Below are positions 54,165-64,000 of a stretch of 64,000 nt of DNA, one piece after another. Where the stretch lies: the sequence record MW057919.1; one strand, 5' to 3'. Both the position numbers and the translations under genes were made by a program. Within the stretch, counting starts at the first letter, position 1. Each line of letters opens with the position of its first letter. The notes beneath the pieces are model-generated. The model ran no database searches and was not told where the DNA came from. It saw only the letters and a list, made by a program, of their open reading frames with translations.

Positions 54165-55712
54165 TTAATATCCCCAGTCATCTCCACCAGTGGCTTGCAT
54201 ATTGCTAAGACTTGGTACAAAGTCCATGTAATTGTTTTCTTCTTTATCGATATCCCATCTAATACCACCAATACGGTCTGGATCAAACGGCATAACAAAA
54301 TAGTGATGCTTACTATCACTTACAACGTTACGGTGTTTACCACGTTGTACGGTTAGATAATACTTACCACTTACTTTAACAATGTGGAAGAAGAATTCCA
54401 GATCAGGTTCTTGTCCAAGTCGGCGACAACCGTCATAGTAACCTTTGTTAGCAACTTGTTTAACAAAGTCTTCTGGTGGGATATTATCCCTGATTAGTTC
54501 TAATGCCTGAGAACTTAACTGATGCGGACTAAAGAATGTGATACCACGTGGTGCAGTATAGTTACGCATTCGCCTAAATAGGAGACGAACGTCATCACCT
54601 GCTACACTGGTCACTAATCCAGTTTTAGGCAACATGTTTAGATAATCTACGCAGAGATATTGTAGTTCATAACCACGTGCTTGATATGTATCTAGGTAGT
54701 TAACTAAACCAGCAATCGTAAATTCAGTTGGGTCAAAACGATACATTACTGGTTCAAAACCATTTTCACGGAGACGAGCTGATACATATTCAGCTGCTTC
54801 AGCTTTACTAATAGAACTACGATCTACCTTGATACCTGTTTCATTTTCGTAAATATACTCATAAATGAAAATAAGGTTATCCGGAATCTCATTCTCAAGA
54901 GTAATAAACATTACTAATGGTTTCTTATTGATATCACGCATGTATGGTTTATTAAATAGACACACATGGCAAAATAGACTCATAGAAACGCCAGATTTAT
55001 ATTGATGTTGTAGGCCACCACCGATAATAAATTCACCACGTTTTAATGCACCCAGATCACCAAGCATCCTGTTAAAACCTTTCCATCCAGTACGGAAAGC
55101 ACCATTTGGGGAAAGAATAGTTTTAGCTTCCTCAAAGAAGCCTTCAATAGAATCTAAATTACCAAAATCAAGTGCACCCATTTCAGCTGGGTGTTTCTCT
55201 TCAGCACGCGCGCGAATATATGGGTCAGCTCTGGTTGCCATTTCATTAATGATTGCCGGAATATCAGCAGAGCCTCTATTGAAAAGAATTTTTGATGAAC
55301 ATTCTTTTACAATAGCTTTTACCTTCTCATCAGCTAAGTAGCTATTTAGATCACGACGATATGAAGTTACACGCATGGCTAATGCCATGCCATTTGGAAA
55401 TTCTTCTTCTACTGCATTTTTAACAGCATCGTATAGATAACTTTCTTCACGACAACATACTTGTAGTGATTGTAATACCTGTTGGGTAGCTGGGAAATAT
55501 GCTTTCTGTTTCTTATTTAGATCCACTAGTAGATTACGAAGATCTAAAAATGTTTGTCGACCATGATCTACATCTAATGTACCACCCTTATCATTTAGAG
55601 TATCAAGAATCTCAGTAACCAATTCATTGGATGGTTCCACTGGAGAATCTTCTCGATTTTCTAAACATAATAGAGTGATACATGAAACGAGTAATTGTTT
55701 TGGACTTGACAT
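54165..55712 (-). CDS. dnaB: DnaB-like replicative helicase (gp118 equivalent)
   Basis: FRTGWKGFNRML, variant Walker A GGLQHQYKSG, FITLEN, CVDYLNML, HQLS, YYDGCRRLGQEPD, QRGKHR. Confidence 0.9.
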   Translation of the reverse strand: MSSPKQLLVSCITLLCLENREDSPVEPSNELVTEILDTLNDKGGTLDVDHGRQTFLDLRNLLVDLNKKQKAYFPATQQVLQSLQVCCREESYLYDAVKNAVEEEFPNGMALAMRVTSYRRDLNSYLADEKVKAIVKECSSKILFNRGSADIPAIINEMATRADPYIRARAEEKHPAEMGALDFGNLDSIEGFFEEAKTILSPNGAFRTGWKGFNRMLGDLGALKRGEFIIGGGLQHQYKSGVSMSLFCHVCLFNKPYMRDINKKPLVMFITLENEIPDNLIFIYEYIYENETGIKVDRSSISKAEAAEYVSARLRENGFEPVMYRFDPTEFTIAGLVNYLDTYQARGYELQYLCVDYLNMLPKTGLVTSVAGDDVRLLFRRMRNYTAPRGITFFSPHQLSSQALELIRDNIPPEDFVKQVANKGYYDGCRRLGQEPDLEFFFHIVKVSGKYYLTVQRGKHRNVVSDSKHHYFVMPFDPDRIGGIRWDIDKEENNYMDFVPSLSNMQATGGDDWGY

Positions 55713-55801
55713 TTTTATAGATTTCCAATTGTGAAATTAAGAGATGTACAGTGTATCATTTAGATAGCTAGTAATTTTAGTGAATGTATTTGCTATATTG
55801 C

Positions 55802-55805
55802 TATG
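55802..55805 (+). promoter_or_regulatory. Late promoter core TATG upstream of the gp119/gp120 operon (P119L-type)
   Basis: TATG is the known nvRNAP late consensus; context TTTGCTATATTGCTATGTAGACAGTTCCC matches my recollection of the phiKZ P119L promoter. Confidence 0.7.
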
Positions 55806-55851
55806 TAGACAGTTCCCAAAAGCCTAAAGTTACAATATAGGTACTTTCACA

Positions 55852-56385
55852 ATGACCCAAGTTCTGGTTATGCCAAAAGCTGTTTTTGAATCATATAAAA
55901 CAGCAGGTGTACAATTTAACAAATTGTTAGACACCAACTATATAGTTTCCGAAACCTCCGTAAATGATCTTGCGGAGATACATCAGGCTTTAACTGCTTT
56001 CCCCTTTCTATTACCAGAAAAACTAGATATTAAGTTAGCAGTAAGCCCGATAATCAAAGTTGCTGAGTTAGGTGAAATAGACGGTCCTGAACAATTTAAG
56101 ATGAAGGATTTACACAATCGTTTAGAGAGCCGCCTAGCGACTAATGAACTTAGGGATGCAGGTAACCGTAATTTAGTGTACGATTATTACCTATATCCTG
56201 TAGATGAGAATCTGTGGGTTGCGGTGCAGCAGAGTGCGCACATTGCAAGTAGCGATCCTAGACGTGTCTCAATTCAACTTAACCATACTTTCTTTGATAG
56301 TATGATAAATGAAATGTTGAACACCCGCCCACGTGAATCCGTGGCGTCAACACAAATTTTTACCTATTATTTGGAGAGCTGCTAG
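55852..56385 (+). CDS. Minor capsid/head protein (gp119 equivalent)
   Basis: 177 aa between the DnaB-like gene and the capsid gene; synteny. Confidence 0.8.
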   Translation: MTQVLVMPKAVFESYKTAGVQFNKLLDTNYIVSETSVNDLAEIHQALTAFPFLLPEKLDIKLAVSPIIKVAELGEIDGPEQFKMKDLHNRLESRLATNELRDAGNRNLVYDYYLYPVDENLWVAVQQSAHIASSDPRRVSIQLNHTFFDSMINEMLNTRPRESVASTQIFTYYLESC

Positions 56386-56457
56386 GTTGATTCCGGAAAA
56401 GATGCTTAGTAGACCCAAATTTTTAAACCAAAAACTCATCCTACGTAGGAATAAAAA

Positions 56458-58701
56458 ATGAGCGTACATGCCCTAAGAGAACTGTTTAAACACAAAGGCG
56501 AAAAGAATTACGAAGTCTTCTCAATGGAAGATTTCATTGGCCGCCTAGAAAGTGAAATTGGTCTAAATGACAGCGTTGTTAGTCAAGGTCGTTCCCTTAT
56601 TAGCAGCATTTCACATGAAAACTTCGGTACCGTGCAAGCTACCGACATTCAAGATGCCGCTGCAATTTATAACAAAATGCAAATGCTCGTTAACGACTAT
56701 GGTTTCGAACGAGTAAGTTCCAGTGATCCTCAAGTACGTGCTCGTGAAGAACGTGTCCGTGAGAACCAAATCACTGCTGCTACCATGGCTGCTATCGCCT
56801 GTGCTGATGAAACTAAATATATCCGTGCACTACGTGGTATTACCAAAGCTAAAGCTTCTAATGAAGATCATGTTAAGGTTGTACAGCATCAGTTCAATGG
56901 CCCTGCTGGTGGCATTCAAGTATTCGAAAATGGTGTTGGCCTAGAGAACTATAACGAGAAGTCACAGCGTGATTTCCGTGTTGTAACTATTGGTTATAAC
57001 CTAGCTGCTAGCCGTCAGGATGAATTCGCTGAGCGTATCTATCCGACCACCGTTATCAACCCGATTGAAGGTGGTGTTGTTCAGGTTCTTCCTTACATCG
57101 CTGTAATGAAAGACGTTTACCACGAAGTATCCGGCGTTAAGATGGATAACGAAGAAGTGAACATGGTAGAAGCCTATCGTGATCCTTCCATCCTCGACGA
57201 CGAAAGCATTGCACTAATTCCTGCCCTAGATCCGGCTGGTTCCAATGCTGACTTCTTCGTAGACCCGGCTCTTGTTCCTCCGTACACCATCAAGAACGAG
57301 CAGAACCTAACTATCACTACTGCTCCGCTAAAAGCGAACGTACGTCTTGATCTAATGGGTAACTCCAATGCTAACCTACTCATTCAGCGTGGCATGCTTG
57401 AAGTTTCTGACACCATTGATCCGGCTGGTCGTCTAAAGAACCTATTCGTTCTACTCGGCGGTAAAGTTGTTAAGTTCAAGGTTGACCGTCTACCTCGCGC
57501 TGTGTTCCAGCCCGATCTAGTTGGTGATACCCGGAACGCAGTTATCCGTTTCGATAGCGATGACCTTGTTGTTAGTGGCGATACCACTTTCATCGACGGT
57601 TCAGCTGATGGCGTTATTAACGACCTTAAGACTGCTAAACTAAGCCTACGTCTAAGCGTTGGTTTTGGTGGTACTATCAGCCTATCCAAAGGCGATTCTA
57701 AGTTTGGTGCTACCGACACTTACGTCGATAAAGTTCTAAACGAAGATGGCCAGGTAATGGATAATGCTGACCCGGCTGTTAAAGCTATTCTAGATCAGCT
57801 AACTGACCTAGCTGTTATCGGTTTCGAACTAGATACTCGCTTCACCAACACTAACCGTCGTCAGCGTGGTCACCTACTACAGACCCGTGCACTACAGTTC
57901 CGTCATCCGATCCCGATGCACGCTCCTGTAACTCTACCGATGGACACCATGACCGATGAAGGTCCGGGTGAGGTTGTTAAAGCTCTAACTGTTAACACCA
58001 ACATCCGTAACAGCAACAACGCTGTTAAGCGCATGCTTAACTACCTTGCTCAACTACGTGAAGTTGTACACAATGGTTACAACCGTCCGAAGTTTGGTAT
58101 CATCGAAGGTGCACTATCCGCTGTAATGCGTCCGACCTATCGTTACAAAGAACTAGATCTTGAGAAAGTCATCGACACCATCAAGTCTAAAGATCGTTGG
58201 GACGACGTTTGCGCTGCGATCCTAAACTGTGTTAAAGCTGAGCTATTCCCGGCTCACCGTGATTCCAACATTGAAGCTGCCTTCCGTGTTATCTCCGGTA
58301 ACCAGGATGAAACTCCGATGTATCTCTTCTGCTCCGACAAAGAGATTGCTAACTATCTAATGACTAAAGGTGACGACCGTACTCTAGGTGCTTATCTCAA
58401 GTACGATATCGTTTCCACCAACAACCAGCTATTTGATGGTAAGCTAGTTGTAATTCCGACCCGCGCAGTACAACAAGAAAACGACATCCTCTCCTGGGGC
58501 CAGTTCTTCTACGTATCTACTGTTATCGCTGACCTACCGATCACTCGTGGTGGTCACCAGGTTACTCGCGAAATCGCGGCCATTCCGTTCAACCTACACG
58601 TCAACAACATTCCGTTCGCGCTAGAGTTCAAGATCACTGGCTTCCAGAAAGTCATGGGCGAAACTCAGTTCAACGGTAAGCTTGCTGATCTTAAGCCGTG
58701 A
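56458..58701 (+). CDS. gp120: Major capsid protein
   Basis: 747 aa recognised as phiKZ gp120 (MSVHALRELFKHKG...); GLE|NYN maturation site near residue 163; strong codon bias; ends in TGA. Confidence 0.95.
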   Translation: MSVHALRELFKHKGEKNYEVFSMEDFIGRLESEIGLNDSVVSQGRSLISSISHENFGTVQATDIQDAAAIYNKMQMLVNDYGFERVSSSDPQVRAREERVRENQITAATMAAIACADETKYIRALRGITKAKASNEDHVKVVQHQFNGPAGGIQVFENGVGLENYNEKSQRDFRVVTIGYNLAASRQDEFAERIYPTTVINPIEGGVVQVLPYIAVMKDVYHEVSGVKMDNEEVNMVEAYRDPSILDDESIALIPALDPAGSNADFFVDPALVPPYTIKNEQNLTITTAPLKANVRLDLMGNSNANLLIQRGMLEVSDTIDPAGRLKNLFVLLGGKVVKFKVDRLPRAVFQPDLVGDTRNAVIRFDSDDLVVSGDTTFIDGSADGVINDLKTAKLSLRLSVGFGGTISLSKGDSKFGATDTYVDKVLNEDGQVMDNADPAVKAILDQLTDLAVIGFELDTRFTNTNRRQRGHLLQTRALQFRHPIPMHAPVTLPMDTMTDEGPGEVVKALTVNTNIRNSNNAVKRMLNYLAQLREVVHNGYNRPKFGIIEGALSAVMRPTYRYKELDLEKVIDTIKSKDRWDDVCAAILNCVKAELFPAHRDSNIEAAFRVISGNQDETPMYLFCSDKEIANYLMTKGDDRTLGAYLKYDIVSTNNQLFDGKLVVIPTRAVQQENDILSWGQFFYVSTVIADLPITRGGHQVTREIAAIPFNLHVNNIPFALEFKITGFQKVMGETQFNGKLADLKP

Positions 58702-58782
58702 GCTGGAAAGGGTTACCGTTATCTAGAAAATGGGACTATCCGTTATTTGGAAGACGGTAATGCCCGGAAGTTAGAAGAGTAA
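58702..58782 (+). other. In-frame extension behind the capsid UGA (candidate readthrough domain)
   Basis: 26 sense codons AGKGYRYLENGTIRYLEDGNARKLEE then TAA; 8-residue repeat with synonymous codon differences; no independent start. Confidence 0.65.
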
Positions 58783-58786
58783 CAGA

Positions 58787-58817
58787 CATAGGCCCTCCCT
58801 TCGGGGAGGGCTTTATG
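58787..58817. terminator. CATA-hairpin(UUCG)-TATG element after the capsid gene
   Basis: CATA-G-GCCCTCCC-TTCG-GGGAGGGC-TT-TATG, 4 nt after the extension's TAA. Confidence 0.8.
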
Positions 58818-58837
58818 TTGTATTACATTAAAAAAAG

Positions 58838-58854
58838 TTTAAGATCTATATTAC
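58838..58854 (+). promoter_or_regulatory. phiKZ-type early promoter (TTTAA-GATC-TATATTAC)
   Basis: Exact consensus; would drive the operon containing nvRNAP gp123. Confidence 0.8.
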
Positions 58855-58897
58855 AGTAATGATCATGATCTTCTAATTTAAAAATAGGTTAATCCAA

Positions 58898-59350
58898 ATG
58901 AACGTTCAATTATTTCCAGAAGTCATCGAAAGATGGCAAGATGCCCTAAGGGTATCTCTTATAGAAAAAAATACCATGGTAGATAATAAGATGTCTACCG
59001 TAGATGATGATAAATACATTAATACTTTCTTTGAAGAATTCCATCCTGTTCAGGATGCCTTTATGCCCAAAGGGCTAGAGGACTTTATTACTGATTATGC
59101 CAAGAAAAACATTGAGGAGATCCTTCAAGAAAAACAGTTTAAGCGGGCCACCGAAAAGTTATATTGTTCGAGTGACCCGCATAAATGGCAGAAATCAAGT
59201 AATAAGGAAAAGAGTGAATCCTTTAAGGGAAGGTCCGTACATCAAACTAAAAAGAGGCTCCCCAACATTGTAGATTTGGAGGCCGTTGTGATTAAGGTAG
59301 ATTTCAATGGTAACACTAAAAATTGCGGGGCTTACTCAAGTATCAGTTAA
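58898..59350 (+). CDS. Hypothetical protein (gp121 position)
   Basis: 150 aa; AGGT RBS. Confidence 0.75.
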   Translation: MNVQLFPEVIERWQDALRVSLIEKNTMVDNKMSTVDDDKYINTFFEEFHPVQDAFMPKGLEDFITDYAKKNIEEILQEKQFKRATEKLYCSSDPHKWQKSSNKEKSESFKGRSVHQTKKRLPNIVDLEAVVIKVDFNGNTKNCGAYSSIS

Positions 59351-60389
59351 GCCTACTATCGATCACCCGTATGATAAGAAATCGGGAACTGCATACACTA
59401 AGGGTGATCCATACGCTAATTGGAATCTCCCTGTCTCACGTTTTGTTGAGTATCGGAATGAATCATTTCATCGTATTACTGTAGTCGATTCATCTGGTCA
59501 CGCTATCAATATTGGGACATCCCGTAAGTATGTAATGTCTAATAGACTAGTAGTTAAGGTCATTTACCGATGGAGTGGTGATGATAGTTTTAACTATGAA
59601 GTTATGGCTAAATCTATTCCAGGTTTTACACCTGAGGAAATGTTAGAATATATTCAGTCATTTAGTCGACAGACATTCGATCAGTTTAATAACCAGCTAT
59701 CTGAGATTACTATTTGGTATTCAATTGACTTATCAAAACTAGTAGATCAGTATCATGGTGGTTGGATTCAGAGTTTAGGTATCCAAGTATTTAAAACTGA
59801 GTATAGTCAGTATTTTGAATTTTATCCAAATAGAAATATTAGTCCTCCTGGTTACAGCGGACTTAGTCCAGAAGAAGAAGCACTTTCTAATCAAGTATGG
59901 AATGAAACATATTCTTTAACGTATAATACTGACATCAATAAACCAGATAAATTGTTTTATGTAATGGCTGGCAGAATTATGGCCATTGAGTCAATCTACA
60001 ATCCATCATTAGATCCTGGTCTTATTGTTAATATCCGTGGTAAGCATGGATGTATTAGTCATAATGGCGAAAAGAGATATGTAATACCTCCTGAACAGTT
60101 CCATGAAAATGGTTTCTTTAGAACACATGAAGAAGCTGCTGCAATGGTTGGAATTAAAGATAAGAAAGTTATTGAACGTCTTAAGACTGCACTCTTAACA
60201 GCGGCTGATATTAAGGAAAGGGAAGCCCAGGAAAAAGCAGCTGGTACGTTTGATAAAGAATTCAAACCAAAAGATGTTGTATTGATTCATGGTCTAAAAT
60301 GGGGTGATCTAAACTCCATTGCCTCTGATCTAGTATCATCCATTAAAATTGTAGGTTCACTGATGGATTTAATTTTGCCAAAAGTTTAG
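59307..60389 (+). CDS. Hypothetical protein (gp122 position)
   Basis: 360 aa; overlaps the upstream gene by 44 nt. Confidence 0.8.
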   Translation: MVTLKIAGLTQVSVKPTIDHPYDKKSGTAYTKGDPYANWNLPVSRFVEYRNESFHRITVVDSSGHAINIGTSRKYVMSNRLVVKVIYRWSGDDSFNYEVMAKSIPGFTPEEMLEYIQSFSRQTFDQFNNQLSEITIWYSIDLSKLVDQYHGGWIQSLGIQVFKTEYSQYFEFYPNRNISPPGYSGLSPEEEALSNQVWNETYSLTYNTDINKPDKLFYVMAGRIMAIESIYNPSLDPGLIVNIRGKHGCISHNGEKRYVIPPEQFHENGFFRTHEEAAAMVGIKDKKVIERLKTALLTAADIKEREAQEKAAGTFDKEFKPKDVVLIHGLKWGDLNSIASDLVSSIKIVGSLMDLILPKV

Positions 60390-60398
60390 GAGTTTATA

Positions 60399-62030
60399 AT
60401 GCCGGATCCATTTCTAATTGAAAAGATTCGTGAAAATACGCCTTGCATGAATCCAACACTAGCAAATGGTATCACAGTCGAACACACCATGACTCGTGAT
60501 CCAAATACTGGTGTTAATATGACCAGGCGTTATATTGATTCTTTATTTGATATCAGTTCAGTTCTATTTCCCGATGGCTTCAAATATGAAGGCAATCGTG
60601 CATGTACACCGCTTAAGCATTTTGAAGAGATTACTCGGGAATATAATGCTAAGCGTATTGCCAATATTGCTCCAACTGACATGTACATGATTGACCTAAT
60701 GTTTAGTTATAAAGGGGAAATGCTTTATCCTCGTCCAATGTTGTTACCAGCTTTTAAGAGAGGCAATATGGTAACTATCAATGGTGCGAAATATATCGGT
60801 TCACCAGTATTAACTGATGTTGGGTTCTCTGTACTTAATGATAGCATCTTCATCCCGTTTCGTCGTACTAAGCTAACCTTTAAACAAACTGACCACCATT
60901 ACATGTGCAATGGTCAGCGTAAAATCATGTATGTGATCTGGTCACAGATTCACAATGAAATGGCTAAGCGTACTAAACGAGATCTGGATAATCGACCACA
61001 TATTGAGTCATGTTTAGCTCATTATTTCTTCTGTCAGTTTGGAGTAACTCAAACTTTCAAACAATGGGCTAATGTAGATGTTAAGTGTGGACTGCTGTCT
61101 GATTTTCCTGAAGAAGAATATCCACGTGAAAAGTGGAATATTTATTCCAGTGCAACATTAAAAGGCAAACATCCCACCGGTGAAATGGTTCTTGTTATAC
61201 CTCGTCATCAAGAATCTATTTTTGCCACACGACTTATCGCTGGTTTCTGGTATGTGGTCGATGCATTTCCAATGCGGTTTACTCGACCTGAATATGTAGA
61301 TAGTACCAACTTATGGCGTGTTATCCTAGGTCACATGGTGTTTGGTGATTTTGAGCACCAAGGTAAAGTAGAGGAAAACATTGATTCACACCTACACAGT
61401 TTCTGTAATTCACTAGACGAAATGACTATTGAAGAACTTAAAACAGTTGGTGTCAATGTAAGTACTATTTGGGAACTTCTTTACGAGATCATGACTAGTT
61501 TGGCTCATCATCTTTATGCTACTGATATTGATGAAACTAGTATGTATGGTAAAAGGTTAACAGTACTGCATTACTTGATGTCAGAGTTTAACTATGCTGT
61601 AAGTATGTTTGGTTATATGTTCCAGTCTAGGCGTGATCGTGAATGGACTGTACAAGAGCTAAACGAAGGTTTAAAACGTTCTTTTAAACTACAGACAGCT
61701 ATTAAACGATTAACAGTGGACCATGGTGAACTCGATACAATGAGTAATCCAAACTCCAGTATGTTGATTAAAGGGACATCTATCCTAGTTACACAGGATC
61801 GCGCTAAAACAGCTAAGGCTCATAATAAGTCTCTAATCAATGACTCATCTAGGATTATTCACGCATCTATTGCTGAGGTAGGTCAATATAAAAACCAACC
61901 TAAGAACAACCCGGATGGTCGAGGTAGGCTTAATATGTATACCAAAGTGGGTCCAACTGGACTAGTTGAACGTCGTGAAGAAGTGCGTGAAATAATTGAC
62001 AACGCTCAATTAATGTTCCGTGCAAAATAA
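60399..62030 (+). CDS. gp123: Non-virion RNA polymerase beta-like subunit (N-terminal half)
   Basis: 543 aa recognised as phiKZ gp123; GNMVTINGAKYIGSPVL resembles beta 'GTFIING.ERV'; AGGAG RBS. Confidence 0.92.
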   Translation: MPDPFLIEKIRENTPCMNPTLANGITVEHTMTRDPNTGVNMTRRYIDSLFDISSVLFPDGFKYEGNRACTPLKHFEEITREYNAKRIANIAPTDMYMIDLMFSYKGEMLYPRPMLLPAFKRGNMVTINGAKYIGSPVLTDVGFSVLNDSIFIPFRRTKLTFKQTDHHYMCNGQRKIMYVIWSQIHNEMAKRTKRDLDNRPHIESCLAHYFFCQFGVTQTFKQWANVDVKCGLLSDFPEEEYPREKWNIYSSATLKGKHPTGEMVLVIPRHQESIFATRLIAGFWYVVDAFPMRFTRPEYVDSTNLWRVILGHMVFGDFEHQGKVEENIDSHLHSFCNSLDEMTIEELKTVGVNVSTIWELLYEIMTSLAHHLYATDIDETSMYGKRLTVLHYLMSEFNYAVSMFGYMFQSRRDREWTVQELNEGLKRSFKLQTAIKRLTVDHGELDTMSNPNSSMLIKGTSILVTQDRAKTAKAHNKSLINDSSRIIHASIAEVGQYKNQPKNNPDGRGRLNMYTKVGPTGLVERREEVREIIDNAQLMFRAK

Positions 62031-62065
62031 ATTAAATCTTTAACTACTTAATAGGTATTATTCAC

Positions 62066-64000
62066 ATGAACTATGCACAGTACAATCTACCTGTCGATTT
62101 TGAGAGTGTAGATACCAGTACTTTCGATCCTAACCTACCTAATGGGAATTATCTGTTTAGCCTACCGCTACAGTTATCACCACATCAACAACATCCTCAA
62201 CTACAACCATATTTCAATGGTGTAATTGGGCTGTTCCGGCTGAATGCTCAAAATGCTGCTACTACCACCCAGCTTCATGCATTTGCGTATAATCTGCTAT
62301 CTAGTAATGGTTTTCAGAATAACTATTATCAGCAGTGGGCTCAGAAAGTTATTGACTTTCTAGAGTTTCTATTTATTCATCGTCAAATGGTGAATAACCC
62401 ACAGCAGGCAATGCAGCAAGCTGCATCTCTAGTATGGTCTGGTTTTGTTGGTAAATGTGCTCAAACCTTCCCGCAGCTACAAAGTCTAGTTCAACATCTA
62501 ATGCCGAATATCCAACAGGCACTTGGTGTAATCGGGCAGATTGAATCAGATATCCAAAAGATGCGTATGGGTGGTAACACCATGATGCAGGGTGGATATC
62601 AACAACCTGGTGTACAGCCTGGAAGTTTCCCTGGGATGGGTGCAGCAATGGGTCGTCCTGGCATGAGTTCACAACTACCTCCAATTAACGCAGGTATCCA
62701 ACAGACCTATGGTCAACCGGCTACCATGGCTAATCCGCAGCTGAACATTCCAGGGGCATATACACCAACAACTAATCATGACACTGGTCCATCAATTGCA
62801 AATGCTGCATATGACGTACCTGGTTCTTCTCCTTTCCTGGAAAACAAACCAGTCATGCAACCTAAAGACTCTTGGGGTGCCACTGTTGAAGTATCTCCAA
62901 ATAGTAGTTATGATACAATCCCTGGTGGAGGTGATGTAATGATTCTACCTGAACTACAACAAAATGCAAATACTGTAACTAATGATAATACGGATCTACC
63001 CATCCCTCAAGATGTGAAAGAACTCGTATTCGATCCGAACTATTATGTACCCAATGGATTTGTAATTAATAAAGATCGTCCGATGGATGTTATCTATAAT
63101 CCAGGTGGCATTGAAATCCGACCTGCTCATCTAGTTGCAGATAAACCTGATTGGGTACGTACTGCTAGTTCAGCTAATCCATACAGCATCCTAATGGATC
63201 CGGCAGTATATTGTCGCTTCCTTGCTAAATGGCCTGATAACACTGTACATGAAGTATATCGTAAGTGGGAGAATCACATGGAAATGGATTATCTAAAGCA
63301 TGAGCTTCAAGATGATCTCCGTCGTCAAGCACATCGTGGTGGTGGTGCGCGTACTGCAACCAGTTATAAGCTATCTACCATTATGGGTGATGCCAAACCG
63401 GTTAAAGAAGTAGCCGAAGAGTTTTCACCAAATGATGCTGGGTTAACTGATAATCGTGAACATGATCCAGTTATCCTAGAAGGTTATATTGCTTGTGCAA
63501 ATAATCTTGAAGCAGAAGCTGGTGCACTCAATGCAGTTCGTGAAGCACTTGAGCTAAGCGAAGATGATGTAGTTCCAGCACATGAGTATCGCGCAGCATC
63601 ATCCCATCCATTTGATGCTTCAACTGAAGTCATGTATGAGATCGAGGATATTCGAAAAGAACCCGATCCGCATCTAATTGCAAAGCGCCTTAAGCAACTA
63701 ATGCTAGATGGTAAGCTGGCTCAACGCTACTATCGGTTCCTAGTTGAAAGGCTCACCAGTGCAGTTAATGAGTTCCTGGCTGATTCAATGAGTCAGAAGG
63801 TAACCATTGATGACTTCTGTGAAGATATCGGTGACCTTATCGCATATCTGATCGGTAAGAAGGGTAAGTCAGTAGCTGATAAATTTACCGCTAGTATTCC
63901 GTTTATTGTTGGACGGAGTATGTGTGTTAATATTGATCCAGAAGAAGGTAATTCTATTCTAGATCTATCAGTGCGTTTCCAAACTGGCTGGCGCCTTGAG
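62066..64000 (+). CDS. Large protein with Gln/Gly/Met/Pro-rich region, 3'-truncated (gp124 position)
   Basis: ATG 62066 with AGGT RBS; frame checked open at start, middle (IPQDVKELVFDPNYY) and end (VRFQTGWRLE); missing from the track because no stop falls in the window. Confidence 0.85.
   Translation, partial: MNYAQYNLPVDFESVDTSTFDPNLPNGNYLFSLPLQLSPHQQHPQLQPYFNGVIGLFRLNAQNAATTTQLHAFAYNLLSSNGFQNNYYQQWAQKVIDFLEFLFIHRQMVNNPQQAMQQAASLVWSGFVGKCAQTFPQLQSLVQHLMPNIQQALGVIGQIESDIQKMRMGGNTMMQGGYQQPGVQPGSFPGMGAAMGRPGMSSQLPPINAGIQQTYGQPATMANPQLNIPGAYTPTTNHDTGPSIANAAYDVPGSSPFLENKPVMQPKDSWGATVEVSPNSSYDTIPGGGDVMILPELQQNANTVTNDNTDLPIPQDVKELVFDPNYYVPNGFVINKDRPMDVIYNPGGIEIRPAHLVADKPDWVRTASSANPYSILMDPAVYCRFLAKWPDNTVHEVYRKWENHMEMDYLKHELQDDLRRQAHRGGGARTATSYKLSTIMGDAKPVKEVAEEFSPNDAGLTDNREHDPVILEGYIACANNLEAEAGALNAVREALELSEDDVVPAHEYRAASSHPFDASTEVMYEIEDIRKEPDPHLIAKRLKQLMLDGKLAQRYYRFLVERLTSAVNEFLADSMSQKVTIDDFCEDIGDLIAYLIGKKGKSVADKFTASIPFIVGRSMCVNIDPEEGNSILDLSVRFQTGWRLE

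Noticed and set aside
59307-59350. Frameshift fusion of the overlapping genes at 58898 and 59307
   Set aside because: The downstream gene has its own ATG with an upstream AAGGT; no X XXY YYZ heptamer noticed.

Overview
64 kb of an AT-rich phiKZ-like (Phikzvirus, nucleus-forming jumbo) Pseudomonas phage genome, collinear with phiKZ from about gp69/70 to gp124. gp numbers are assigned from recognised sequences and gene order, not from a database search. The window holds non-virion RNA polymerase subunits (gp71-73, split by an ORF-less 307-nt group I intron; gp74; gp123), a virion RNAP subunit (gp80), an SF2 helicase, the exonuclease/motif-A half of a split PolB, a DnaB-like helicase, the head/inner-body and baseplate block, the major capsid protein gp120, and an early accessory block (45-54 kb) of small paralogous genes. 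The most striking unexplained signals are three candidate recoding events. (1) A -1 frameshift signal (T TTT TTT, 5-nt spacer, 12-bp stem) would extend the gp77-like protein into a start-less frame, as in tail chaperone G/GT pairs. (2) An in-frame R-x-L-E-(N/D)-G repeat extension lies behind the UGA stop of the major capsid gene, suggesting readthrough. (3) A start-less NADAR-like (ADP-ribose eraser) frame is reachable by a -1 shift at C CCA AAG at the end of the PolB subunit. A DarG-like macrodomain and an orphan HigA-like HTH add to a possible anti-toxin-antitoxin arsenal. A recurrent CATA-hairpin-TATG element and two hairpin-dense non-coding regions are also reported. No tRNA, rRNA or CRISPR array was seen.
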